A DNA stretch of 64,000 bases from Balanoglossus misakiensis (GCA_040954595.2 CM082593.2:714759-778758); one strand, 5' to 3'; positions 1 through 13,368 are shown, numbered from the stretch's first letter. The notes: generated by a model not told the origin, from the letters alone. Program-made: numbers and translations.

Positions 1-132
1 TGCAATTGGAATGGCCGTTGTGGATGTGATTGAAAAAGAGAAATTGAGAGAGCACGCTACAGAGGTGGGCAACTACATCATGGATGGATTCAGAGAGTTG
101 ATGGAGAAACATAAGATAATTGGTGATGTCAG
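1..132 (+). CDS. ETNPPL: ETNPPL/PHYKPL-like phospho-lyase (class-III aminotransferase fold), internal exon, 5' truncated by window edge
   Basis: The frame starting at base 2 reads AIGMAVVDVIEKEKLREHATEVGNYIMDGFRELMEKHKIIGDV(R), ending in the IGDVRG motif of class-III aminotransferases. Donor AG|GTGAGG at 133, phase 2. Confidence 0.88.
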
Positions 133-307
133 GTGAGGTTTAGTGAAGGAATTCTTTCAAGTCATATCAGGGACTCATTCTGTCGTGTATCGTGTAGGCC
201 TTGTTACCAGAATTCTCTACTGTGCCCATGAACACTTTTCCATTACATCCTGGAATACAGTCAAAGTATTTGGGCAATGTGATAATCGATAATTCTTTTC
301 CTAACAG

Positions 308-397
308 GGGCATTGGTTTCTTCATTGGTGTGGAACTTGTCAAGAACAGAGAAACGAAAGAGCCAGCCTTTGCAGAAGCTCAACATGTCATTTACAG
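308..397 (+). CDS. ETNPPL: ETNPPL/PHYKPL-like, penultimate coding exon
   Basis: Acceptor ttttcctaacAG|G. Reads (R)GIGFFIGVELVKNRETKEPAFAEAQHVIY(R). Donor AG|GTATGG at 398. Phases match both neighbours. Confidence 0.9.
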
Positions 398-551
398 GTA
401 TGGTACTGTTACAGTACAGTTTGAGTGTTCTTTTCCATTTGGCTGACACTGGGCTGGCCATAGGTATAGGACCAGTGTGTTAGCACTGTTGGTATTCAGT
501 TTTTGGGTGAAAAGCTCTAGAGAACTCAACCTTTTCATGTTGTTTATACAG

Positions 552-882
552 GTTGAAAGAAAACTTCATCTTACTCAGTGCTGACGGGCCGTACAGAAAT
601 GTCTTGAAGTTCAAACCCCCGATGTGTTTATCCAGAGAAGATGGTCAGCTTCTGATCGACTCTGTCGACGCTATCCTGACAGAAATCTCTCAATTGGGTG
701 TGAACTCTGAGTACACTCAGGACCACCACGTGATGGCCAATGGCAAAAATGGTTGCAGTGGTCACTCCTCCGATGCCGGACAGCTGTACGGCAATGATGA
801 TGTCATCACAGATTTTGACTTCAGTGATTTGAGTCAGGGCAGTGAGCCTGCTGCTAAGAAGGCTAAGCAAGATACAAGTTAA
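552..882 (+). CDS. ETNPPL: ETNPPL/PHYKPL-like, terminal coding exon
   Basis: Acceptor tttatacAG|G. Reads (R)LKENFILLSADGPYRNVLKFKPPMC; LLSADGPxRNVLKxKPPM is characteristic of the AGXT2L1/AGXT2L2 (ETNPPL/PHYKPL) family. Stop TAA at 880-882. ETNPPL versus PHYKPL cannot be resolved (likely a pro-orthologue). Confidence 0.88.
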
Positions 883-2044
883 TAATGATCAAATCAACTG
901 AAGTATATATGTTCTTTCGAAGCTTTACATGATTTTTGGGGGCAATGAACTTCCAGTGTTTGCTTTCATCGCACATTTCTGCAAATATAGACAGCCAGTG
1001 GCCTTGTGTCACTATTTCAAACTGTGCCAATATACTGTGTCGGGTAAAAGATTAATTAGGGTGCTCTGAAACGAGAGATAATATTCAACAAGCTGTATTT
1101 TTACGTTAACCATCGCAGTTGCAGTTTGCCAAGAAATTTCTTGTTCAAGTTTAATTTTGAATCTGTGTCTTCATGAGTTTTGTAGCCAGAGGAATGTGAT
1201 TGGACATTGTTTTATTTCCCGGAAACTGTACACTTTCTGTGAATAACAGGGTAAGGTATCATCTTGTTCAGTGGTTAAAATCAAATTTTCTAAAAAATGG
1301 TCACAGATTGATTTGACATAATTAAGGTTGTTATGTCTATATTTACCGGTACTCAGATATGTTCTAATTGCCAACTTACCTAATTAATCTGCATGTATAT
1401 GTACAGGGAAGAAGCCAGATTGAGTAATGCTTCGTCGCACAACTAGATAATTTTTGTTTGTACATTTGTCAGGATAAGAATAATGTCCCCAAACCCAAGA
1501 GATGAAAAGAGTGAATATAAGAACACGAGATTAACTCATGTGTAGCCAGAATGGGGTCACATAAATACTAGTGCCTTTGAGATTTAATAATGAATGTATG
1601 AAGTATGTAAAACTTATTTTATTGAAAGGTTTATCATGATATGAGATGTTTATTTTAGCTAGGGTGATTTCAGCAATATCTGGAATGTTTCAATCAATGG
1701 AATAATTTTGTCACATGGCCTGAATCAGGCTGTAGCTTTCACAGATGGTGATGGCAAAGAACTCTGATTTCGGATCACTTACAAATTTTGAAAGTATAGG
1801 ACTGTCAAGTTTGAAAGTTGACATTTTGGTCTCATTCTTTGCTCAGATTGTTATAATGAGGACTGGGCTCACATTTTCTTAATTTACATTTAGTAGACTA
1901 AAATCATCTAAAGAAACATTGTGGCCATTTTCAGTAGGGAAATATTTACATTTTGCTATTTCATGAATTTTAATAGCGTGATTTAATCTGAATTCACATC
2001 CACAACAGAATGGAAAGGCTAATTATTATTAGGTGTGTGTGTGT

Positions 2045-2058
2045 GGGGGGGGGGGGGG
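2045..2058 (+). repeat. poly-G tract (G14) preceded by a short (GT)n run
   Basis: Read directly from the sequence. Confidence 0.9.
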
Positions 2059-3059
2059 ATTTTTTCTCAGTGTTTGAAAAACATCTATCATCAACTTAAA
2101 TGAATGCATAATGCTATAATGTGTGCTCAGAAGCTATGGTGTGCTGTATGTGTGATAATTAAGTATTTTCTTCAAAGCTGTCAAAATCTTTAAAAATATG
2201 TTTTTCTGTTCTCATTGTGTGTCTATTTTACATGTAAAAAAGTCATGTAAATGTGATTCTGTGTATTTTTTAGATCTTGTTTAGACGTCTATTGAGCAGT
2301 TTCGCTGGTGATACTCGATTTGTACAACTTGCATGCATCCATTCTTTGGCTGTGTTCATTTAAAAAATAGCGAATCATCGAGTACTTAGTGAAATCACTG
2401 CATTTTACCTCCATTGTTAAAGTTTGAACACTTTCTACCTTCTTGCAGTGTGTAAAGGATGTCTTTTAATAGAAAAAGTACATGCATGCTGGTCAGAAAA
2501 GCTGGGTTATAGAGCGCCCTCAGTGGCAGAGTTCATAACTGCGGAGCCTTGCAAATTCACTAGCCTGGTATCTTTTATCCAGCTGCATGTTTTTGGCATT
2601 CAAGCCAATTTCAAAAAAACTTACTAGTGGGTGGGTTTAATAGTCTACTTTTAAAATGGATGATATTTAGCAAATTCTGTCTGTCAGTTATGAGCAGGTG
2701 CAATCAATGTGTAATGAGTATGCATCTGGAAAGAGCTGTTTTTTTTGCGCTTGTATGGATTGTTTAAAAATGTTACCATGGATATCAGTTTATCCCTGAT
2801 CATAGAATATGAGTCTTGTAATTACCCGTATCGGGCATTGAATTATTTCATACATTGTGTGATTTAAGCATAGCATGGTTTTTTTCCCCATGGGTTTTCC
2901 TTGGGTGAATAAATCGACTTGACTCTGAAGAAAATCAAGTGACATCATAGGTCACTAAGAGGTCAGTGTGCAAAGGGTTTTTAGCTTTAGATTGATAAAA
3001 TGAACGATTTCTGTCCAGTTGACAATGATTAGAAATACTGAAGTAAGGAGATAATTGGA

Positions 3060-3149
3060 GAATTTGAACTCAAAAGCAAGGCCAATGGGAAACACCCTTG
3101 ATGTGATTGGTCAACTTTTCCCCATTGGCCTTGCTTTGAGTTCAAATTC
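3060..3149. mobile_element. 90-bp inverted-repeat element (MITE-like hairpin)
   Basis: Left arm GAATTTGAACTCAAAAGCAAGGCCAATGGG (3060-3089) is the reverse complement of right arm CCCATTGGCCTTGCTTTGAGTTCAAATTC (3121-3149) apart from one extra A. Spacer is 31 bp. No convincing target-site duplication. Confidence 0.6.
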
Positions 3150-3664
3150 ATGATTGTTGTTTGAGTGCGCTAGACTTATTTCTGCATGTTTAACTACATC
3201 ACAGTCCACTTTGATTGGTGGGTTCACAATGGATACTTTCTTTTGGAAAAATGAGTTTAGTCAATTTTAATAAGTCTTGCACCCAAGTATAACAGAACAT
3301 TATATTGTGTTTTTTTGGAATGAGCATTTATCTCTGACTGCTGTTCAAAAACTTTAATGATGAAATCTTTTTTCTGATCTTGATGTACACGTAGTCACAA
3401 AAATTATATGACTTGCTATTATAAGTACAATGGTGAAATCAAGATTGATATCTGCTGCATCAGTGGGATTGTTTCAATGGTCTTTTTCACAAATGAGATG
3501 GTTATGCAATTAAAATGAAGTACATTACAAGCTGATATCAGCACAAGGAATATTATATATTGAATGCAATTGATAGCTTTGTAAATGAATTGAATGACAA
3601 AGTTTAAATGTTATAAAAATTATAACTTTGAAATGTTGGTTTTATTGTATCTGTACATCTAAGA

Positions 3665-3670
3665 AATAAA
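3665..3670 (+). terminator. candidate polyadenylation signal of the ETNPPL-like gene (alternative AATAAA at 2908-2913)
   Basis: AATAAA followed by T/GT-rich sequence at the end of a long T-rich, UTR-like region and just before the STOX promoter region. Confidence 0.4.
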
Positions 3671-4095
3671 AGTAACAGTCTTCATTGTTTAATTGCAGTA
3701 TTGTCTGACATCTGAGAGATTGTGTAATGGTCTCTCCTTGGAGCATGTGAAGGTGACATATTGAAACTATGGCCGAAGTTATTACAGACACAGGTGTTTC
3801 ACAAGTGAAACTTGTAAGAAACGTGTCAGAAACTTGTAAGAAATGGCCACTGTGTAATAATAAGCGCCCCCTACAGTTCATATGAAAAAGTCTGGCTGGC
3901 CTGGTCTATTTTTAAACAGGTGAGGATTGGATCATTTACCGAGTAATATCGTTTGTGTTTTAGCAGATGTTTCCATCTGTATTCACCGCAAATATTATCA
4001 TGACTAAGTCTGACGATATTGAGTAAATGTATCGCGAATACAAACTTTTTCCCAATGGTTTGTGTGCGTGGTGTAATCGATTTCAATGAAATAAG

Positions 4096-4103
4096 TGACG
4101 TCA
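4096..4103 (+). promoter_or_regulatory. perfect CRE palindrome in the putative STOX proximal promoter
   Basis: TGACGTCA about 180 bp upstream of the STOX ATG, in a locally CpG-richer stretch, with an Inr-like TCATTC about 25 bp downstream. Confidence 0.5.
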
Positions 4104-4282
4104 TGGGTGTCTTTGAAACCGTTCGTCATTCTTCTGTGAGTAAGTGTGCGGGTATCTTGAAACAGACCTAATTGTTAGAGCTTGTTCATTTCACGCTAGC
4201 TGTACGATGGATGGAGTGGTTCGGTAGTTAGTATAGTTTTTCGCTTGGAAGCGTTCAATTTGTGATTTTTCTAACTACCAAG

Positions 4283-4613
4283 ATGAGTTCACAGCCGCCC
4301 AAAGTAGAGAGAAAGCCCTTAAAGAGTGTGGAAATGGTTCCTGGCTGTATGGCAATCATTGTGGAGCCGCTGCTCAACGACAAAGAGAAACTGAAGATTG
4401 GTAGAGCTCTCTTTCAGGACATCAAGAATGAAAACAAAATGAATTTTTGGAACCGAGAGTTGAGCGACAGTATTCTCGAACTGACCTTTTTAGGCTGGTT
4501 TGAGCCCGACACGCTCTTCGTGCACGGTGAAGAAGCTCAACTAGCTATCATTCGGGAAGCTTTTGCGCGACGCGTTCTGAAACCACCGCGAAACTACATC
4601 ATAAAACAACTGG
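4283..4613 (+). CDS. STOX1: Storkhead-box protein (STOX1/STOX2-like), coding exon 1
   Basis: ATG at 4283. GRALFQDIKNENKMNFWNRELSDSILELTFLGWFEPDTLFVHGEEAQLAIIREAFARRVLKPPRNYII matches the STOX1 N-terminal conserved region as I recall it (FWN...GW...AWxRRxLxPP). Perfect donor G|GTAAGT at 4614, phase 1. Confidence 0.9.
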
Positions 4614-7600
4614 GTAAGTTGTGGGTGCCATATAAACACGGCGAACAGGTATTAGGCTGTGGCATTGTGGGTACTACCACCAATAACATTGGTCCTGGTA
4701 TAGTATAGTAGTAGTATTAGTGTTGGCAAATGTGGTGATGTATTTGAAATCTTTATTGTTTTGTTTTACTTTCCTCTGTGTTTATTCGAGGGAAACCATG
4801 GCAACCGAGCCTGCACTCGACAGCACCTTTGCGGTGTGTACACCCTCCCCATTAACAAGATGCATTTCAAAATTGCAAACTTAACTGTATACATTGTATC
4901 CACTTTTATGTATGTTTCTAATGGAACAACAGGCTATCAATTCAAGTTTATTTTTACAAGAATTTGGTAAATTTAGAAAGTAAGGGGGATATACCAAAGA
5001 AAAAAATATCAATGGTGATGATGATGTGATATGACAGTTGATACAGAGTGTATGGTAATCAAGTTTTTGGAGAGGTAATATGAAAACTCAAAAGCAATGT
5101 CAAATGTTGTTACAGTTGCTTTTAATGATGTGGTTTGCCCTACGAGTATCAGTATGGCAAGAGTGTCTGGCTTTGGCTGTGTCTATAGATACGTATGCTC
5201 CCTGACGGCCGTATACACTCTTGTCATACTATTACTAGGGCTACACATCATCAGCGTCTGTGGTGGTGTAAGGTGTTTTAGTGTTGTGAAGATTTCAAAC
5301 TTCACATCAAACTTGATGTGTATACTATAAAACGTACATTTTATTAGTTCAAAGACCAGTAAGCCTCAGTTTACAGGGAGTTTGGAATGGTGCATATTTA
5401 TTATTTGTCATTTAAGCCTTAATGACGGGCAAATTACGGTATTAACATGGTGCAACGTTAAATGTGATCTGCTTGAAGATAGAATTTTAATTGCGCGGTA
5501 CGATCATTCAGTCAGCTTCACTATTCAAACCTGTCTATTCAGATCACAAACTGCAAAACCAGTAGGTCAGGTTACGGCCCTTACTGGTTTGTGACACTTC
5601 AATATTCTCTTACCGATAGATATATTGTATGTCCTTTAAAATGTATGACTTTGTAACAAGCCAGCTGGTCTTAAATTCACGTTTTAATTACCCTGTTCAC
5701 AGCAGATTCAAGAATGTTCATCATTTTCCTTCCTTCTGCCAGTGTATTTATGAAGTCTATGATTTTGAGTTTTCAAAATGGCCCACAACATGTCGGACCA
5801 TTCATATTCAAAATGCTAGAGCAGTGTGTCTATACAGTGACCCATTGTACAGAACATAGAGCACCTCTGTCGATTAATTCAATTGTGATCTGACCCCTAA
5901 AGTTGTAAACACTCCGATCTCGAATGTGACAATGAAACAGCCACAAGGTTTTTACTTACCTGTTAATCTCAAAACACCATTCTTTGTTTGTACAGAATCT
6001 ACTGATTGCTGTAGAAGTAAGTCAGATTGGTCTGTCTGTATTTGCCTGTTCAACTTCTTGCCAAAAGTGTTTTTTGTCTCAATAGACTTTCCCTGCTTTC
6101 TACCAGGTACTGATAAACAGTAATGAGCCACTGAACTGACTCCATTGACGGTAATTTTCTTTACTCCATTAAAGGTTCACAATCTGCAAAAGGATGACAC
6201 TCATTGAAAAAAATTGTAATAGACATTGACAGTGACCGACTGGTTAATTGATAGATCTTGACAACCACTATGGCTGACAGTGAACTTGACGAACAAACAC
6301 CTCTATTCAGTCAGTTCAATGAATGATGCATTTTGATTCAGTATTAGGGGTCTTTGTTAAAACATTAGCCTTTACAACTCTGGTTATAATCATGGTGTGA
6401 AATTTATGCAAATTGTGGTGTGCTGTATACAACACCTTCAGTGCTGTACCGCTGTTTGACTGCTTTGTCCATAAAGATTTAGAAATATCTTCCCTTCAAC
6501 TGCTTTGAGGATTGGAATTTTCAAAATGTTTTCCTACAGAGGGTAAAAATGCAGTCTTTGTTGTGAGTCACAACTACAGAGAATTAATGACACCTTGTCC
6601 AGCGGGTTGAAAAAGTTTTCTTCTTCATCATTGTCTGATTAAAATCGCCAAGTAATTTGAAGGGCATTAAGTGCGTACAACTTTCCGACTACACTGAAAG
6701 AGAGAGGGTTCGTGTCGTGGATGCGGGTAGAATAGTGACTATTATTGTCCTTTGTATGTGTCGACTTCCGAGACATTGATGCTGACATGCAGAGGTCAGT
6801 AGTCTGTGAAATAGGACTTGAAATTCTTGACGACCTGATGCCAATTAAAATTACTACCGAGTTACTGGCTACCAGGCAAACAGGGTTGAACACTGAGTAG
6901 ACTTCACAGCCCTTGGTTTAATTGCTCCGATCTGACAATTGTGGGTGACACTCATGTAGTGTTTAATTAGTTAATATAAATTTCAATCGAACTCTACTTC
7001 TGTACAATTTTATGTGTGGTCAGCAAAGCTGTTCTGTGATCAGTCTGAATTGCTTATAATGTGACTTGTTTGACAACACTGCCATAAATGCAGCCAGAAC
7101 TATGTCAAAACATGAACTATATCCTACAATGCAACTGACAGACATGATCTGCAAAAAGAAAGATCAAACATGTTAACAGAAATGAGAATTGTCTGATTGT
7201 TTTATAATGACATCCAATAAGAACTGTTGTTACAAATGTATTGCCTGTAACAAAGGATACCATTGGTTGATGAGGGACATCTGAAGGGACTCAAAATCAG
7301 AGCAAAGTTTTTTGTTTAGTCTGTTGCATATGTGGTGAAAATGGATCATTTTCATGCAGAAAGCAGGAAATATTCATTTCCAATCATGAAGTTTAAACAT
7401 ATTCACCAGTATAGTATTTGTTTTGCTGTTTAATAACTGAAATCTGAGGAAATGTAACTTCATAATTTAATCCTGCGCGATATTGATATCAGTCGGTTGT
7501 GTGTTCACAAACATATTCGGGTAAAAAGTACATGTATGCAAGAATAAAAAGCAGCTGTACCTGTAGTTATTGATTTGAGTTGTGAAGAAAAAAAACAGTG

Positions 7601-10600
7601 CTCGTTTATCAAAGAAGTCCGAAAACTGATGTGAGAGTTCTGTTACACTTACAGTAAAAAGATACAGTTGTATGCTAGTATCATAATGGAGTATAGTCTT
7701 CTCATCTCGTCTAGCATTACCGTTTTCCTAACTTGGGTGACTCTATACACTTTTTAACACCAAGATAAATGCATTCTAATACAGCCTTTTCCATTTGCAT
7801 TGTAGACACTAACCTTAATATCTGCATACATGTATGTAGCAATACTGACAAAGTATAAATTCGGTTAAGAGTTCGTTGGCACTTGTATGCTTATTATTTT
7901 CTCAAGTATTCCAGATGGCTTTCAAGTATTTGACAGGTACAGGTATATAGTCTTTCAATAACACTCACTATAATCAGATGACTAAATTATAAAGTATTTG
8001 CTCATTCGTTGTCTCACAATAATTCATGCAATATTACCAAACATGATTGTCATCAGCTGCCTTCACAAATTTTAGTTTCTCGCGCAGACTAATTTGTAAT
8101 CTAAATTCAAAATGTCACAATATCCTGCAATCAAGTATTGCTGTGCTGTAGCGTGCTGAGTGAACAATTCACAAATTTCCAGTTAATATTTTCATGATTT
8201 GCAAATAAGCCAGATCAATACACGTTGACAAGCATAATTGGCAAATGATATTCTCTGATACAAAAAAGCGAAGTAAACTTTTTATATAACAGAATAAAGA
8301 AATGTGTAGAGTTTAAAACAAGTTTTTATGTTTCTCAGAACTGCCTGTATCGTCTGTGTTTGTCGAGAGATGACACTCTGAGGTCAAAGTTTATCACTTC
8401 GATAGCTCAGCAAGATGCCAAGTGATAAAAATGATGAAACTTAAAAGTGCACCAGAGGTTGCCATTTTCCGCTGTGAAAATGTGAAATGATTCAAGTCTG
8501 CAGAGTTACTCATTTGCCGAGAAAGCATCTCAGGAAGGAAAAAAAAATCTGCCTAGGGCGATTTGTAATGGAATATGTCCACACTTAGAAAGAAAATGCT
8601 GCCACTGATGGTAATTTCGACCACTCAATCTCCTGTGTCGGTTGAATTAAAATCTAGCGCCTGACGGATGAAAATGTTCAAATTTATGACAAGCCAATTG
8701 ATAAGCTTTGCAAGTACAGAGTGGTTTCAGTTCTTCAATGCTACATATATCCATATCGTTGTTTCCTGTGTCAAGATTTAAATCTGTGAGGTCACTTTTA
8801 CCCACTGGTCTTCAACAGGACCAGTGTGGAGAGGCTCTCATTGTGTTTGCAGTAATATTTGCCTGAAGAGCAAGGTCTGTTTTCACCAAGACAGGTTCCA
8901 GCACAAGTGTGTGGTACTTGGCTTTTATTATTTTCTAGCTGCAAGCCATCGCAGGTAATCCTTAATGCATGTTCGCAGTGAAAGGCTCTTTTCAAAGTTT
9001 TTGTGAGATTTGGCTGTCAATTACAAGAATGACTCCCCAAGTCCCGTTGATCGTACAACGTCCACTGAGGCCAGAAATACAGAATAAGGCATCTGTCTGG
9101 ATAATTGCCCCTACTGGGGTTAGATAGGTCTGTTTCAATGGAATGTCTTATGTTTTGTAAGTCTGGATTTTGACATCCGTGTTTCTGAATTTGAACCTCA
9201 TTGTGACCTGCCTGTCACCTTCATGCATGGTTGACCCCACTGTGTGTGTTTGTGACTTTGCTATTATTAGTTGGGACTTTGTGTTTTGGACAGATAATGG
9301 ACATTGGACCCTAAGCTCTCTTTTCCCTAGAGCACAGGGTGTAATCCAAGTTTTATCGTTCTGTTGTGGCACAGTCATGGTCATCAATTCAATGATGGCA
9401 TTGCTGTAATCCCGTGCTTTGATCCCAAACTGTGTCTTGTAGTTTCAATTGGCATGCTTACAGTTTCTTTGGAATTTTTAGGATCCCATCTCAAACTTCC
9501 TAACAGTTCCTGAAAAAAGAAACACTCAAAAGATGATAGAAAGGTGAATTGAGATTGTGTTGACATTTATTTAATAAAGAATGAATGAGATGAAGCAGCT
9601 AATGCTTGGAAACTTACACGGATGGTTACCGTAAACTGGGTAATGGTAAAATCTTTCTTATACTCCGTTAACCCACATGATGGATGGAGAAAATTGCTGT
9701 TATTTTACTAATTTCTAGAAATGGATCTGCTATGGTTGCTGGAATTGATTTAGCCAGATTGCTTAAACCCCAAATTAAACTCTCTTTTTTGCAACCTTTT
9801 ATGTGTTGGTACATTTATTCCATTGAAGCTGGGTAGAATTACTTTGTAATAAATTGATTATTTGCCATTTTTTGCTTTGTCCATGAAGGAAACGGAAACT
9901 ATTAAACCTTTTCCGTCCAATAAATAGAGTCTGTATAAGGAGAAATGTGGCCTTTCTCTATTTTTATGGGTTCCTTCACGCGCACAATTCTGTGAAATAA
10001 CACAACATTTGACAGCATTGGTTAATCAAAAATGTAAATTACCAGCAGAGATTACAGAACTTTTTCAGGAAAAGGAAATTGTCTGGTGATATTTCTCTGC
10101 TGACAATAATGGTCCAGTGATTCTGATTGGTGGATAGGCATCGGTTGGAAACCATGAGAAGTCTGTCATTTGCAAAGGGACGCAGGAATCGAGAAAGAAA
10201 AATTATTTTTGTTATTTGCCACCAACATAAAAAAAGAAACCATCGGAGATATAGATAGCTTAAAAGAGCATTCACGCAATTAATAATGGTTGTGCGACGC
10301 AGATGGCAATATGTACACTGTATCGGGTTGTAACATTTATTGATTAGTGGAGCATGAGAGAGATAGTGCATGTCACAGCTCAGATCAGTTAAAAGGCTTT
10401 AAACAGTCGCTAAAATTGACCTTTGAAATTCTCTAAATTAGAATCAGCCAGATAAACTGAATAAATCAGTTGTGACTTTTTGAACAGTTTGCTTTGAAAG
10501 TTTAATCATGGTGTTCTCTGCCTTTGCTTGTCTCCCGCTACAAAATGATTTGAACCAAAACTTGATATCAGCGCGACAGAGTGTATCAGAGCTGCCGTCA

Positions 10601-11284
10601 TTGAAGGATATTAATTTCCAACAAATCTGAATTGCAAAATATTGCCATCAGCTAAATTTCTGTGTGAAGTCATTGTGTGAAGGTTTCTCAGCTCTGTGCA
10701 ATTCTTGAGAACTTATTTTGCAAAACCCTGGAGTCAGACCTGTAAATACACAGACACTTCTTGTATACAAGTGGAATCTATGAAAAGGATTTATTTTGTT
10801 CTGCATTCCAAGTCACTTTTTGCATACCAAATACTTCTCAGGGTTTGTTTGGTTTGCTGTGGAATTGTCTGAGGTGTGAACAAAAAAATCTGGGTTGGAT
10901 CCTCTTGTGTCTACACTGATCCATATCACAGTAAGGTTACGCTGTTAGGAACAGAGAAACCGTTGTATGATTGTGACCAGCCTTTGTTGGTAGAACGCAG
11001 AAAATTCATCAATAGTGTGTCAGTTTGTGTTACATGGTCGAGCGAACAACACCGAAATGCGGGATCTGTCTCTGAGCTATCCCCTGTAAAACTGTTGACA
11101 GAACCATTGTCAGAAATGATCCAAATAAAGTGCAACACTATGAGTCACAGGACACGAGGGACATTGAAATCACGGATCCAGATAAAGGGGTGTTCTTGTT
11201 TTGTCCACAGGAACCCAATTTTAATGATAGGCAGTTGTTTGAGTAGGATATTCTGACAATGACACTATGGGGGTCTCAAGGCTA

Positions 11285-11293
11285 ATGAACAAA

Positions 11294-11324
<31 letters not shown>

Positions 11325-11452
11325 GCAAACAAACAAATAGACATACATACAGACAGACAAATAAACAAACAAAAGTCAAAATAGATGTACATACAGACAG
11401 ACAGACAAATAAACATACAAACAAAAGTCAAAATAGATAGGCAACAGACAAA
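11285..11452. repeat. compound tetranucleotide microsatellite (AAAT/AAAC/ACAT/ACAG) with a duplicated ~50-55 bp higher-order unit
   Basis: About 8 AAAT units, then two copies of ...ACATACAGACAGACAAATAAAC...AAACAAAAGTCAAAATAGAT. Confidence 0.9.
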
Positions 11453-13270
11453 CTGGGGAATTGCACGGTAGAATAGAAGAATAGTAAAAGAAAAGAAATT
11501 CAGAGTCAATTCAACTTATTCTGTCATTTAACTGTCAGAAGCTAAAAAAGATAGCCAGGATTCCTGGGGAAAGACGATTTGCTCATCTTCACAATTTCAC
11601 ATCCGGGTCTTGATCCAGAGATCTTAGGGATGTTGGGCGTCTTCCTTGCCCACCGGACCACAATGCTTTTTCTTAAAGATGTCTTAGATTTCTTAGATTT
11701 TTCATTGACCAGTGGAACACAGCATCTTATTATCATTTTATATGTTGAGATGTCTGCAAACAGGACACCATTTGTAGGCATGGATAGTAGAATATTTATT
11801 CAATTGATTACACCATTTCTTAATTCAAATGACATCATGAAATGAAGTATAGTTAAACTTACATGTATACCAACAAGTGTGTGATGAGGCTAGTGCTCTG
11901 GTGACTGACAATTCAGAGTTGTACCTACATATTGCTGTGAAAATTATTGTATGAAACATGAATTATAGAGATTGTGTTGCATGATTCAGACCTTGACCTT
12001 AGCTGACCTTGGCTAATCATATTTACTTTTTTTTTGTAAGTTTCCAAAGTTCGATTTCAACTCCTCACCAGGTGTTGGTTATCGAGAGAAACAGACAAAG
12101 TGTCATAAATTTCTGAGCTTAATAAGCTAACCAGGACTGGTGAACATGTTGTTTAAAGTACAAATGTACTGATATTATTATCTGATATTATTTTACGTGT
12201 TCAGTAAAAATAACCTATAGAGTCCAACATGTGACCCCAATATCTGTGTTTGTTTTCCTTTTAGAAATATATTGATAAGTTTTTCAGTGGCAAATGCCAT
12301 GGTTGTCCTGCAGAGAACAAAACAAGTTTTGACCGTTCATACTTCAAATGAAGTCACAAATGTCAGTTGAATTGACAGGCCAGACAAGTGGTCGTCGATG
12401 TTAATACAGCTCAACTGATGGGGACGTCTGTATCAACAACATAAAAGACAGATTTTCTGTGGGTTTGCAACTAGGAGATGTGATCATTCAAGTAGGCATG
12501 TGGATTTGGGGTTATAAGGTGATGGTGTCTGTCAGAGGTGTATCTACCATCTTCAGTGTATTGGCTGTGTGTCTAGTGGACATCACAACTAGCAATGATA
12601 GACCCTTGCTCTGCCATAGTCTTGCATCTAGCTGTGCAGTATTTTGGCATTTGTAGTCTAGGCTCGCTGTGGCATAACCCAGTTGGCCAAGCTGGGAGTT
12701 GTGTTAAAATTCCCACAATGCCTTGCTGGGTCTCCTCGTCAATAAGCCATTATTGATACATGTATGTAGGCATTGGTATGTCAATGGTTGGCTTTGAAAC
12801 TTTAACTTTAAGTTTCATATACAAATCTTGAACCAGCTGTTCCATACAAGATAGCTTGGAAACTTGCCTCTTGAGGTATATATTGTGTGTGTGTTTGAGT
12901 TAGCAAAAATATACAGCAGTGTGGGTCTTCAAGGTTTCTTACAGGGTCAATCTTACTGGTATCTTATCAACATTCACTGATTCAGTATAATTGTCCCAGG
13001 CCTGTGTTTGTAGTGACAAGGTGGCCTTTTAACCATAAAACTGGGTTGGAGGAGGACAGGCTATTAACCTCCATCATAATAGCACGCAAGTCCTACGCAA
13101 TTGTAAACCAACTTTGTCTGTTTAATTTTCTCTGTATATGTATGATATGTAAGTTGAGTATCTCAGAATTGAAACAAAAACCTTCATTTTCTTGCAACAC
13201 GCTCATCATAATTGGACCCAGACTCATGTCTGTCTATGAATCCATGCGTTGTGTAGCGGTAATCTGAGGC

Positions 13271-13368
13271 ATCAACTTTTGCACTCCCAGTCACTGATTA
13301 AATGTGCAGGTCCACTTCTCTCGCATCGAGAATGGAGTTGAACAAAATTGTGGTCATAAAAGTGTTAA
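13271..13368. mobile_element. diverged copy of the ~90-bp TTAA/CCCTTT MITE family
   Basis: Similar length and layout to the copy at 53407-53505 (CCCAG..AGGTCCA..AATGG..AAAGTGTTAA), but much more diverged. Confidence 0.35.

Noticed and set aside
3807-3843. 15-bp direct repeat GAAACTTGTAAGAAA x2 with a 7-bp spacer
   Set aside because: Only two copies, consistent with a simple slippage duplication and not CRISPR-like or otherwise interpretable.
11221-11509. Hydrophobic ORFs (LFVCLFIYLF...) resembling membrane peptides
   Set aside because: They are translations of the tetranucleotide microsatellite.
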